64,000 nt of DNA from Chloroflexota bacterium (GTDB lineage: Bacteria; Chloroflexota; Anaerolineae; B4-G1). A model generated the notes under the pieces. That model ran no database searches. It worked only from the letters and a program-made list of their open reading frames with translations, and was not told the origin of the DNA. The position numbers and the translations under genes are program-made. Each line of letters begins with the position of its first letter. The first letter of the stretch is position 1. The stretch is from the NCBI GenBank assembly GCA_034189605.1, contig JAXHUO010000001.1, positions 133,976 through 197,975 on the forward strand. The letters run 5' to 3'. Shown here in pieces: positions 1 through 8,574 of the stretch.

Positions 1-81
1 TCGCGGTTAGAACTGGCGCTGGTGATCACTGCGTTTGAACAGGTTCCCCTCGTTGAGGAGCCTTCACCCGAAGAGCCATAG
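1..81 (+). CDS. mreC: Rod shape-determining protein MreC, 3' end (partial)
   Basis: Frame 1 reads SRLELALVITAFEQVPLVEEPSPEEP*, which resembles the MreC C-terminus; lies directly upstream of mreD and pbp2. Confidence 0.7.
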   Translation, partial: SRLELALVITAFEQVPLVEEPSPEEP

Positions 82-128
82 TCTCACGTATCACGTTTCA
101 TGCCAGGAGGTGTGAGATTAATCTCTAC

Positions 129-617
129 TTGACCCTCCCTCTTCTGACCGGCGTAGCCTTGACCCAGAGTGTCTTGCTAGCGCGAGTGAATCTGTGGGGA
201 GCACGGCCTGACTTGATGTTGTTGGTCGTGTTGGCGTGGACTGTGGTGCGCGGCGTAGACGAGGGGCTGATGTGGGGTTTTATCGGTGGGGTGATCGTTG
301 ACCTACTCTCCGGCGGGCCGTTGGGTGCGACTCCGCTGGCCCTGTTGGCGGTGGCGTTTCTGGCCGGGCAGCCATGGGGGCGGGGTTTGGGTTCATCCTT
401 GATACGCCTTTTGCTCCTGGTGTTTCTCGGCGTCGTGGTCTACCATCTGGTCTTGTTATCTGTCCTGGTCTCTATGGGGCATACGGTGGATTGGAGGTTT
501 GCGCTGACGCGGGTGGTTGGCCCATCTACACTGCTCAACCTGGTGCTGGCTCCGTTAGTCCGGTCACCGCTGGCCTGGCTTGAACGGAGAACACGGCGGG
601 AGGGATTTGCGCTGTGA
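129..617 (+). CDS. mreD: Rod shape-determining protein MreD
   Basis: Hydrophobic 162 aa protein with RPDLMLL and GFIGGVIVDLLSG motifs, between mreC and pbp2. The true start may be ATT at 117. Confidence 0.9.
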   Translation: MTLPLLTGVALTQSVLLARVNLWGARPDLMLLVVLAWTVVRGVDEGLMWGFIGGVIVDLLSGGPLGATPLALLAVAFLAGQPWGRGLGSSLIRLLLLVFLGVVVYHLVLLSVLVSMGHTVDWRFALTRVVGPSTLLNLVLAPLVRSPLAWLERRTRREGFAL

Positions 618-2587
618 CGTTGCACAGGTCGCCTCAGCATGCCGCCCAGAGCCGCTGGCAGGCGCGCTGGACGGCAATTCTGGAAGCACAGCGCGTTGTC
701 TTCTTGGCCCTGCTGATCTTGTGCGTCTTTGTGGTTTTTAGTCTGCGGCTGTGGCACGTGCAATTCGTGCAGGGCAAAGACTATCGTACCTGGGCGGAAC
801 GGCAGCGGTTGAAACCGGTTGTCATCCCTGCTGAGCGGGGGATCATCTACGATCGCACTGGCGTGCCGTTGGTGCGCAACGTCTCCAGTTTCAACGTTGG
901 TGTCGTTACCGCTTATTTGCCCGATGACGAGGATGAGGCTGAGTCTGTACTCATCCGCCTGGCCGTGCTCCTTGATATGCCCTACAGCGCGGCCAGTGTG
1001 CGGGGGAGTGAGGACAAAGGCTTGCGTGAGATTGTGCCTTATACCTATACGCTCAGTTATGACCCGCTGGTGGTCAAGCCAGGGGTAGATCGGGATATGG
1101 CTTTGCTGTTGAAACAGGAGGCGATGACGCTGCCTGGTGTGTCGGTTGATGTGGCATCGGTGCGCGACTATCCTTACGGCCCGCTGGTGTCACAGGTACT
1201 GGGGTATCTGTTGCCTATTCCTGAGGAAAGCGAGGAAAAGTACGTTGTTCTAGGCTACGATGCGGCCACTGACCGCGTCGGCAACGCTGGCGTCGAGGCC
1301 ACTTATGAGGACACATTGCGCGGGGAGAAGGGTGTGCAAATCGTCGAAGAAGACGTGATGGGCCGGGTGATCCGCGTGATTGAGGAGCAGGCCGTGCCTG
1401 TGCCGGGCGACAGTGTCCATCTGACGATTGATCTCGACCTGCAACGCTTTGTCGAGGAGGCATTGCGGCGTGGGATGGCGCAGCCAGGCGTGGACGCGCC
1501 GCGCGGGGTGGCGATCGCGATGAACCCGCAGACGGGTGAGATCCTGGCACTGGTTAGTTTGCCAACCTACGATAACAACGTTTTCACCCATGGTATCTCG
1601 GCGCGTGAGTTGCAGCGCCTGAATGATCCTCACCGGCCGTTGTTCAACCATGCCATCTCAGATTACCTGCAACCTGGATCAACGTTCAAGATCGTGATGG
1701 CGGCGGTTGCTCTCCAGGAGGGGGTGCTGACGCCGCGCACGCGCCTCTCCTGCCCCGGCACCATCGTTGTGCCCAACAAGTATTATCCCAACGACCCCGG
1801 TCAGGCACAGTCTTTCTACTGTTGGAACCGGCACGGCCACGGCTCGCTGGACGTGGTGGGTGGCATTGCCCATTCGTGTAATATCTTCTTCTACAAAGTT
1901 GGGGGGGGATTCGAAGAGACCGACTTTGAGGGTCTGGGTGTGGAGCGCATCGCCCAGTATGCCCAGTTGTTCGGCTTTGGAGAGCCGACCGGCGTAGAGT
2001 TGCTGGGCGAGATCGGCGGTCTGGTGCCCACGAGGACCTGGAAGCGGCTCACGTATGGCGAGTCCTGGTCCACTGGTGATACCTATAACCTATCCATCGG
2101 AGAGGGTTATCTCTCCGTCACGCCGCTGCAAATGCTCAATGCTGCGAACGTTGTTGCCAACGGTGGCACACTCTACCGCCCGCATATCGTCCACCATCTC
2201 ACTGATTCCCAAGGGGTTGTGACACAGCCTTTTGAGCCGGAGATCATCCGCACGCTGCCCATCAGCCCGGAGAACTGGTCGCTGGTGCAGCAGGGGATGG
2301 AGGGGGCGGTGGTCTATGGCACAGCGCCAAGAGCGCAGATTGAGGGTCTGCGCGTGGCCGGCAAGACTGGCACAGCCCAGTACTGTGACGATATTGCCGC
2401 GGCGGCTGGTCTTTGCGCAGGAACCTGGCCGGAGCATGCCTGGTTCGTCGCCTTTGCTCCCGTGGAAAAGCCCGAGATATCGGTCATCGCCTTTCTGTAC
2501 AACGGGGGTGAGGGATCGGTGGTGGCGGTGCCGGTGGTTCATGACATTCTGGAGTATTATTTCAGCCGCGATGAGACCGCTCCCTGA
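614..2587 (+). CDS. mrdA: Penicillin-binding protein 2 (class B transpeptidase)
   Basis: N-terminal TM helix, RGIIYDR motif, SxxK (STFK), SxN (SCN) and KTGT motifs; follows mreD. Confidence 0.93.
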   Translation: MTLHRSPQHAAQSRWQARWTAILEAQRVVFLALLILCVFVVFSLRLWHVQFVQGKDYRTWAERQRLKPVVIPAERGIIYDRTGVPLVRNVSSFNVGVVTAYLPDDEDEAESVLIRLAVLLDMPYSAASVRGSEDKGLREIVPYTYTLSYDPLVVKPGVDRDMALLLKQEAMTLPGVSVDVASVRDYPYGPLVSQVLGYLLPIPEESEEKYVVLGYDAATDRVGNAGVEATYEDTLRGEKGVQIVEEDVMGRVIRVIEEQAVPVPGDSVHLTIDLDLQRFVEEALRRGMAQPGVDAPRGVAIAMNPQTGEILALVSLPTYDNNVFTHGISARELQRLNDPHRPLFNHAISDYLQPGSTFKIVMAAVALQEGVLTPRTRLSCPGTIVVPNKYYPNDPGQAQSFYCWNRHGHGSLDVVGGIAHSCNIFFYKVGGGFEETDFEGLGVERIAQYAQLFGFGEPTGVELLGEIGGLVPTRTWKRLTYGESWSTGDTYNLSIGEGYLSVTPLQMLNAANVVANGGTLYRPHIVHHLTDSQGVVTQPFEPEIIRTLPISPENWSLVQQGMEGAVVYGTAPRAQIEGLRVAGKTGTAQYCDDIAAAAGLCAGTWPEHAWFVAFAPVEKPEISVIAFLYNGGEGSVVAVPVVHDILEYYFSRDETAP

Positions 2588-5500
2588 CGACTGGTTGAAT
2601 GTGGCGGGGGCCGGCGGGGCTGGCGCAATCTGGGGTCTGGGCCTGGCTCGCCTGATGGCGGAAGCGGGCTTCTGGACGCCACTCTACGGCTCTCTCCTGG
2701 CCGTTGCTGGGGTATCCATCGCCTGTGCTGCGATAGCCCTTGCTGTATGGCTGTGGTGGGTGGGTCGTACCTCCACCTCCGACACTCCCACGTCCCTACA
2801 CTCCCGACGCTTTCCCCCGGTGTTTTTTATTCCCCTGGCTCTCCCGCTTCTCTATGTCACAGGTATTGTCTCGTCTCCTCTATCTGGCTGCGTATTGCTT
2901 GCTGGCGGGGTGGTGCTACCGCTGTTGCTGGCGTGGGGGGGGCGGGTGCGTTGGATGCCACCTCTTGTGCTGGGCCTGACGGTGTTTGCACTTTACCTGC
3001 GTACGTTGTTGCCCTCTGTCGGGGTGGCCGACACCTTTGAATTTCAGGTCGTCGTCCCTCGGCTTGCAGTGGCCCATCCCACTGGCTATCCGCTTTACGT
3101 CCTGCTGGCCAAGTTGTTCACGCTGCTGCCGCTGGGACCTGCTCTGGGGGGAACCACAGGGAACGTGGCCTGGCGCGTGAACCTGGCCTCGGCCGTGTTC
3201 GCCACCGCTGCGGTGTTGGTGCTTTACACCCTACTGCAGCGCCTGACCTCTATTCGTCAATCTAAGGAGACTGCACAGTGGCTGCCGGCCTTTCTGGCCG
3301 CGCTCGCTTTCGCTTTTTCATCCACCTTCTGGTCCCAGGCTATCGTCGCCGAAGTCTACGCACTCCACAATTTGCTGGTGGCGGCCATCCTGTGGCTCCT
3401 GTTGGACGTCACCCCACATTCCCATATTCCCAAACTTTCTCTTTCACCATCACGTCGCTGGCAGGCGGTGTTCTTTTTAACTGGTCTGAGCTTCACCAAT
3501 CATCTGACAACGGCGCTGCTGTTGCCTGCCGTGGCGCTGGCTCTTGTGTGGGATCGGCCTCGCCTGCGGATCAAAGATTGGCTGGTTGCCGGGTGTCTAT
3601 TGCTCCTGGGCCTGTCGGTTTACCTTTTTATTCCGCTGCGCTGGCCGGTGTTGAACCACGGCCAGTGGATGGGGTTGCGAGAACTTGTTGCTTATATCAG
3701 TGGTGGTCAATTCCACGGGGCGTTACGGCTTGACGGCTGGCGTGTTCCCCTTCGTTGGAGTATCGTCGGACGATTGCTGCGTGAGCCCTTTGGCTGGATC
3801 GGGCTGCTGCTGGCAGTGGTAGGGGTGGTGCAACTGGCGGTTCGCCAGAAACGAGCACTGGCGCTGACCGGCGTGACTTTCCTGGCCTTTATCCTCTATG
3901 GGCTCGACTACTATGTCCCAGACATCTCTGTCTTTTTGCTCCCCGCCCACCTGATTCTTGCAATCTGGATTGGCGCTGGCATTACCTGCTTTATTGATTC
4001 TCTCTCTACCCTGGCAAAGGTCAGGTGGCGACCTCTGTTTCATTGTTCATTGTTCATTATTTCATTGATCATTGTTCATTGTCTTAGTCCCATCTGGCTC
4101 AACTTCCCCCTGGTGGACCAGAGCCACAATCAAGGCGGCTATGCCTGGGGCCAGTATGTGTTGAATCTTCCCCTTGTCTCGGATAGCGCAGTGCTGGCTG
4201 ACGTGGAAAAATTCGCCCCCTTATACTATTTGCAACAGATCGAGGGGGTGCGGCCTGACCTTGATTTGCTGTTGCTGGGCAGCGAGGAACTCTATCAGGC
4301 GGAACTGGCAGCGCGTCTGGGGGATGGACAGACGGTCTACCTGGCTCGCTATCTGCCACACCTGGAGGGGCTGCATCTGCGCTCGTTGGGGCCCCTGGCA
4401 GAGGTAAGGGGCCGGGGTTTTGCCAAAGACCGGGTCGCTGATAAAGCGGGTGTGAGTTTCGGCGAGGCGATCTGCCTGCTGGATGCCAAAGTGAGCGCTG
4501 ACCCACTGGGGCGAGCGCTGTATCACCTGACGCTCTACTGGCGGGCCGACCCGCGCGTGAGTGGCGATTTCGCCGTCCGGCTGCGGCTGGTGGACGCCGG
4601 GGGTGAGGTGCGCTGGGAGAGGGACGGGATACGGCCTGTGAGCGGCTTGTACCCGACCAACGCCTGGCATGTGGGCGCGGTGGTGTCTGACTACCACGAG
4701 ATATCGCTTCCCCCCTGGCTACCGCGCGGAGAGTACCTGCTGGAGGTGGGACTGTTTCCCCCCTTTGGTGATACGGGCCTGGAGGTGGACGGCGAGGCGA
4801 CGGCCTGGCTGGCTTTGGAGATGCTGAAAGTTGTCCCCCCATCCGGTTCCTTGTCTCCTCTGCCGCATGAGCGGCGCTACTGCTTCTCTACCGGTGCATG
4901 GTTGACGGGATACAATCTGGCTGGTGAGGTTTCTGCCGCCGCGCCGCTCGTCGCCGATCTCTCCTGGCACGGGGTCGAGGTAGACGAGGAGGTGCGTCTG
5001 GTCTGGGTGGATGCGCAGGGGCGGGAGGTGGAGGCGGACGTGTTCCCTCTCGTCGCTGGAGCGCTCCGTAGCCGCTACATCGTCACCGCGCCCCAGACCC
5101 CCGGCGATCACACATTGCGCGTGGGGCTCGTGGGCGAGACCGTTCGCTGCGGCTGGCTGGCTCCGCCGACCGGTGACTGCCTGCTTTCTGCAGTCGAGGT
5201 GGTGTCGGCGCAGGAGGGATTGGCAAACTTTGCTGATCTGGTGCTCTTGCTGGGCGCCGGAGTTGACAGTGCCAGCGCGCGACCGGGTGAGAACGTTCCC
5301 GTAGCACTGAGGTGGCGACCACTGCGAGTGGTGGATGAGGATTATACCGTCTTTGTGCACCTGGTAGGCCCCGATGGACGGTTGCACGGGCAGGTTGATA
5401 TGTGGCCAGTGCATGGGAGTTACCCCACCAGTCAGTGGACACCTGGCGAGGAACTGACCGACCTCTACGAGGTACGATTGGCCCCTGCTGCTCCGCCCGG

Positions 5501-5624
5501 TCACTACCAGGTCGAGGTGGGCTGGTATCTGCTGGCGACGATGCAGCGGTTACAGGTCGTAGATGCGACTGGGCATCCAATAGGCGATTCCATCGTCGTA
5601 GGCGAGTTTGACGTCAGTGATTGA
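2571..5624 (+). CDS. DUF2723/TMEM260-like multi-pass membrane glycosyltransferase (GT-C-like) with C-terminal beta-sandwich modules
   Basis: AHPTGYPLY and WSQAIVAEVYAL motifs, many TM segments, C-terminal YTVFVHL...YPTSQW.PGE module. Start set at ATG 2571 because the longer ORF overlaps pbp2. Confidence 0.75.
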   Translation: MRPLPDDWLNVAGAGGAGAIWGLGLARLMAEAGFWTPLYGSLLAVAGVSIACAAIALAVWLWWVGRTSTSDTPTSLHSRRFPPVFFIPLALPLLYVTGIVSSPLSGCVLLAGGVVLPLLLAWGGRVRWMPPLVLGLTVFALYLRTLLPSVGVADTFEFQVVVPRLAVAHPTGYPLYVLLAKLFTLLPLGPALGGTTGNVAWRVNLASAVFATAAVLVLYTLLQRLTSIRQSKETAQWLPAFLAALAFAFSSTFWSQAIVAEVYALHNLLVAAILWLLLDVTPHSHIPKLSLSPSRRWQAVFFLTGLSFTNHLTTALLLPAVALALVWDRPRLRIKDWLVAGCLLLLGLSVYLFIPLRWPVLNHGQWMGLRELVAYISGGQFHGALRLDGWRVPLRWSIVGRLLREPFGWIGLLLAVVGVVQLAVRQKRALALTGVTFLAFILYGLDYYVPDISVFLLPAHLILAIWIGAGITCFIDSLSTLAKVRWRPLFHCSLFIISLIIVHCLSPIWLNFPLVDQSHNQGGYAWGQYVLNLPLVSDSAVLADVEKFAPLYYLQQIEGVRPDLDLLLLGSEELYQAELAARLGDGQTVYLARYLPHLEGLHLRSLGPLAEVRGRGFAKDRVADKAGVSFGEAICLLDAKVSADPLGRALYHLTLYWRADPRVSGDFAVRLRLVDAGGEVRWERDGIRPVSGLYPTNAWHVGAVVSDYHEISLPPWLPRGEYLLEVGLFPPFGDTGLEVDGEATAWLALEMLKVVPPSGSLSPLPHERRYCFSTGAWLTGYNLAGEVSAAAPLVADLSWHGVEVDEEVRLVWVDAQGREVEADVFPLVAGALRSRYIVTAPQTPGDHTLRVGLVGETVRCGWLAPPTGDCLLSAVEVVSAQEGLANFADLVLLLGAGVDSASARPGENVPVALRWRPLRVVDEDYTVFVHLVGPDGRLHGQVDMWPVHGSYPTSQWTPGEELTDLYEVRLAPAAPPGHYQVEVGWYLLATMQRLQVVDATGHPIGDSIVVGEFDVSD

Positions 5625-5688
5625 TATAGTTTGTTAGGGCCACCGGATGGGTGCGCTTTATAGCTGAGTAATTGCTACACCCATACAA

Positions 5689-6999
5689 TCAACTGTCTTG
5701 TCCTCCGTTGTTGTGTTCGCCATCGCCTTGTCCGCCGTCATCGTGTTCACCACCCTCTTGTCCGCCGTCGTCCTGTTCACCATCATCTTGTCCGCCGTCG
5801 TTGTGTTCACCACCGCCTTGTCTGCCGTCGTCCTGTTCACCATCATCTTGTCCGCCGTCGTTCTGTTTACCATCGTCTTGTCCACCGGCGTTGTCGTGTT
5901 CACCACCGTCTTGTCCGCCCTCGCCCTGTCCACTATCGGGATACTGGGGCTGTAGCGTCGTAGTGGGAGGTATAGGAGTCTCTTGATGCCTATGGGGTGT
6001 GGCCCATGGCCCGTGGGGAGTGGCCTGTGGCTCGTGGTCCATCATATACGGCGTACCAACCGGTGTGCGCGGGTGCTCCTGATCCTGTTCCTGATCGCCT
6101 CCTGGGGTGGTGGTTACCTGCTCTGTCTCCTTCGTTGGCTCCGGTGTCCCTGCGGCAGGCTCAGGGCAGCCTCCTCGCTGGTAGCGGTAACATCGGCGAA
6201 AGGCCCGAGGGTCATCTAACCCTTTCCCTGCCGCTTCCGCCCCCCGCTGGCAGATGGTCACCGCGTGCTCCAGCCCGGGCTGGGTTTGTGGCGGCACCGT
6301 CGCCTGCACCTGTTCCAGTACCTGTGCCTGGGAGCGTGTGCATTCAGTGATTTGCGTCAGCAGGCCGGTGATTTCCTCATCAGAGGCCCAGGCTGCCTGG
6401 GTCAGCGCCCTCTCAATGTGCTGTTCCATCCGAGCGACAGTCTCGTCCGGCACTTGGCGCCTGGCCACTACCAGCGCTTGCATCTCTTCCGCCCGTTCCT
6501 GGACTAACTGTAGCGCCAGGTCTACTTGGTCCGCTGGCGCGGAGGTAAGCGCCAGGCGAGTGTCCTCCATGGCCAGTTTGGTCGGGTACAGCAGACCACC
6601 TGGCAGACTGTCGCCAGCAGCCCACAAGACTCCACCTCCGAGGGTAGCCATGCCCACGGCGACGACCAGCAGGACGGTGATGAGCCTCGTCGCAAAGATG
6701 AGCCTCATTTTTCGACCCGCTGTGCGTGTGTTTACAGTTCTGGTTGCCGAAATTGTCCCAACACCCCGGGCGCGTTGTTGTGCCGCCACGGCCAATAACC
6801 GCTCGCGACCGGCTATCAGCCCCCCTGGCGATTCCGGCACAGCCTCATAGTAGCGACGGGTTACCTGGGCCATTTCGAGCAATGGGCGCAACCGGTCAGT
6901 GTGCTGGCGATAAGATCGCAGGCTGGCTTTGACATCGCCAGTGCGGATCAGTTCTCGTAAGCAATGTTCTAGCGACTGTTCAAAAGAGATATTTGTCAT
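5689..6999 (-). CDS. Putative anti-sigma factor: N-terminal cytoplasmic domain, TM helix, DUF5667 domain, acidic Gly/Gln/Asp repeat tail
   Basis: Overlaps the ECF sigma stop codon; single TM helix; SLPGGLLYPTKLAME motif; C-terminal GGQDDGEQDD repeats. Confidence 0.75.
   Translation of the reverse strand: MTNISFEQSLEHCLRELIRTGDVKASLRSYRQHTDRLRPLLEMAQVTRRYYEAVPESPGGLIAGRERLLAVAAQQRARGVGTISATRTVNTRTAGRKMRLIFATRLITVLLVVAVGMATLGGGVLWAAGDSLPGGLLYPTKLAMEDTRLALTSAPADQVDLALQLVQERAEEMQALVVARRQVPDETVARMEQHIERALTQAAWASDEEITGLLTQITECTRSQAQVLEQVQATVPPQTQPGLEHAVTICQRGAEAAGKGLDDPRAFRRCYRYQRGGCPEPAAGTPEPTKETEQVTTTPGGDQEQDQEHPRTPVGTPYMMDHEPQATPHGPWATPHRHQETPIPPTTTLQPQYPDSGQGEGGQDGGEHDNAGGQDDGKQNDGGQDDGEQDDGRQGGGEHNDGGQDDGEQDDGGQEGGEHDDGGQGDGEHNNGGQDS
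5692..5920 (-). repeat. About 7.5 copies of a 30-bp coding tandem repeat (GGQDDGEQDD-like)
   Basis: Periodic ttgtccgccgtcgtcctgttcaccatcatc-like units on the + strand. Confidence 0.9.
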
Positions 7000-7537
7000 C
7001 AGTCCATTCTTTCTTCAGTATACGGCGCAGTGCAGCCAGAGCTCGATGTTGGAGGGCCTCAATTGCACCTGTGCTTTTGTCCATTATCTCGGCCACCTTC
7101 CGGGCAGTCATCTCCTCGCCGAAGCGCAGGGCCAACACCTGTTGCTGGTCCGACGTGAGCTGGCTGATGGCAGCACGAAGACGCCGGTGGGAGAGCCGCT
7201 CTGCTACAGCAGAGTCCGGGTTATCCTTGGCTGCCACCAGCTCTTCATTCAACTCCAACTCGGCGGCTGGCGGCTGGCGACGGTAGTGATCCACCACCAG
7301 ATTGTGCGCGATGCGATATAACCAGGCCTGGAAAGAGGTGTGCCAGAAGCGCTCCGACTGAATCGCTTGTATCACCCGCACGAACACGTCACTTGTGAGA
7401 TCCTCTGCCAGGTGAGCATTACCTACCCGCCGGTAGATATAGGCGTAGATGCGGGGGGCATAACGATCATAGAGTTCCCCCAATGCCACCTCGTCATATT
7501 GTTTTGCCAGTTCCAGCAATGCGCGCTCGTTCGTCAC
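6980..7537 (-). CDS. ECF-family RNA polymerase sigma factor
   Basis: Region 2 motifs AEDLTSDVF and FQAWLYRIAHN; region 4 LTSDQQQVLALRF...HRALAALR. Start set at GTG 7537, downstream of the promoter motif. Confidence 0.92.
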   Translation of the reverse strand: MTNERALLELAKQYDEVALGELYDRYAPRIYAYIYRRVGNAHLAEDLTSDVFVRVIQAIQSERFWHTSFQAWLYRIAHNLVVDHYRRQPPAAELELNEELVAAKDNPDSAVAERLSHRRLRAAISQLTSDQQQVLALRFGEEMTARKVAEIMDKSTGAIEALQHRALAALRRILKKEWTDDKYLF

Positions 7538-7561
7538 CTGATGATTGCTCTCCCACTTCTT

Positions 7562-7592
7562 ATGACGCAAAACTGCCCAAAGCCTTACGGGG
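7562..7592 (-). promoter_or_regulatory. Putative ECF promoter for the sigma/anti-sigma operon (CCCCGTAAG-N16-CGTCAT)
   Basis: Minus strand reads CCCCGTAAGGCTTTGGGCAGTTTTGCGTCAT, nearly identical to the divergent copy at 7630-7661; the CGTC -10 element is typical of ECF promoters. Confidence 0.65.
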
Positions 7593-7629
7593 CTGCTTAA
7601 ACCCGAGTATACCACATTTTTTCCGAATT

Positions 7630-7661
7630 CCCCGTATGGTTTTGGGCCATTCTCTCGTCAT
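7630..7661 (+). promoter_or_regulatory. Putative ECF promoter for the Cys/Asp-repeat gene (CCCCGTATG-N17-CGTCAT)
   Basis: Reads CCCCGTATGGTTTTGGGCCATTCTCTCGTCAT, matching the opposite-strand copy at 7562-7592. Confidence 0.65.
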
Positions 7662-7748
7662 GATAAGGGCAACGGGACGTCACGGGCAAGGGTTGTGGCT
7701 GATGAGATAGTGTGTTCACAAATCAACAGAACAGAAAGGAGCGGAATG

Positions 7749-8450
7749 ATGCACAATAAACTACTGAAAGCAGCGGTTTTGGCCCTGGTTCTAGCCTTTG
7801 GATCAATGGGGGGAATGGCTTGGGCTGCGGCTGAGAGCCAGCCGGGGACTCCTTTGTATCCTCTCAGGATGGCCGTCGAGAAGATGAGCCTGATTATGAC
7901 TACTGATGAGACTACTGAGACCCAATCGCAAATGGAGTCTGCTCAGCAGCAGGGGAGTGAGATGCAGACACTGACAGACGATGGTCAGGACTATGACCCC
8001 AACGGCGATTGTGATCCCGCCAGAGACCGGGACCGGGACCGGGACGGTGATTGCGACGGTGACGACTGCGACCCCGCCAGAGACCGCGACCGGGACCAGG
8101 ACGGCGATTGCGACGGTGACGACTGTGACCCCGCCCGCGACCGGGACCGGGACGGCACTTGCGACGGTGACGACTGTGACCCCGCCCGCGACCGCGACCG
8201 GGACGGCGATTGCGAGGGTGACGACTGTGACCCCGCCCGCGACCGCGACCGGGACCAGGATGGCGATTGCGACGGTGACGACTGCGACCCCGCCCGAGAC
8301 CGCGACCGGGACCAGGATGGCGATTGCGACGGTGACGACTGTGACCCCGCCCGCGACCGCGACCGGGACCAGGATGGCACTTGCGAGGGTGATGATTGTG
8401 ACGGCGATCAGGATGGTGGTGGCCACGGCGGTGGTGGAGGCCACCATTAA
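7749..8450 (+). CDS. Secreted protein with DUF5667-like N-terminal motif and Cys/Asp/Arg tandem repeats
   Basis: RBS AAGGAG; signal peptide ending AWA; SQPGTPLYPLRMAVE motif; repeats of DGDCDGDDCDPARDRDRDQ; GGGHH tail. Confidence 0.8.
   Translation: MHNKLLKAAVLALVLAFGSMGGMAWAAAESQPGTPLYPLRMAVEKMSLIMTTDETTETQSQMESAQQQGSEMQTLTDDGQDYDPNGDCDPARDRDRDRDGDCDGDDCDPARDRDRDQDGDCDGDDCDPARDRDRDGTCDGDDCDPARDRDRDGDCEGDDCDPARDRDRDQDGDCDGDDCDPARDRDRDQDGDCDGDDCDPARDRDRDQDGTCEGDDCDGDQDGGGHGGGGGHH
8004..8410 (+). repeat. 51/57-bp coding tandem repeat (6 full and 2 partial units)
   Basis: Repeated gacggcgattgcgacggtgacgactgtgaccccgcccgcgaccgcgaccgggaccag units. Confidence 0.92.
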
Positions 8451-8574
8451 CCGCTGCGTCTATGCCAGCAGCCACCCGGGTACCAGATCCGGCACAATGT
8501 CCCATCTGCCATTTGTTTTGAATCTGATGTTGGCTATCAGTCAATAGTTTACCACTACTAAAAAGGAGACCGCT

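Noticed and set aside
2232-2570. N-terminal extension of the 1130-aa ORF
   Set aside because: Overlaps the pbp2 catalytic region in another frame and reads as non-protein-like sequence.
5672-5986. Cys/Pro/Ser-rich metallothionein-like ORF and other frames over the 30-bp repeat
   Set aside because: Antisense and alternate-frame shadows of the anti-sigma repeat tail; the repeat lacks stop codons in several frames and there is no RBS.
8004-8410. Possible CRISPR array (also considered for 5692-5920)
   Set aside because: Contiguous coding tandem repeats with no unique spacers and no cas genes.
7803-8547. Thr-rich, Arg/Gly-rich and SR-rich ORFs over the 57-bp repeat
   Set aside because: Only the Asp/Cys frame has an RBS, a signal peptide and the DUF5667-like motif.
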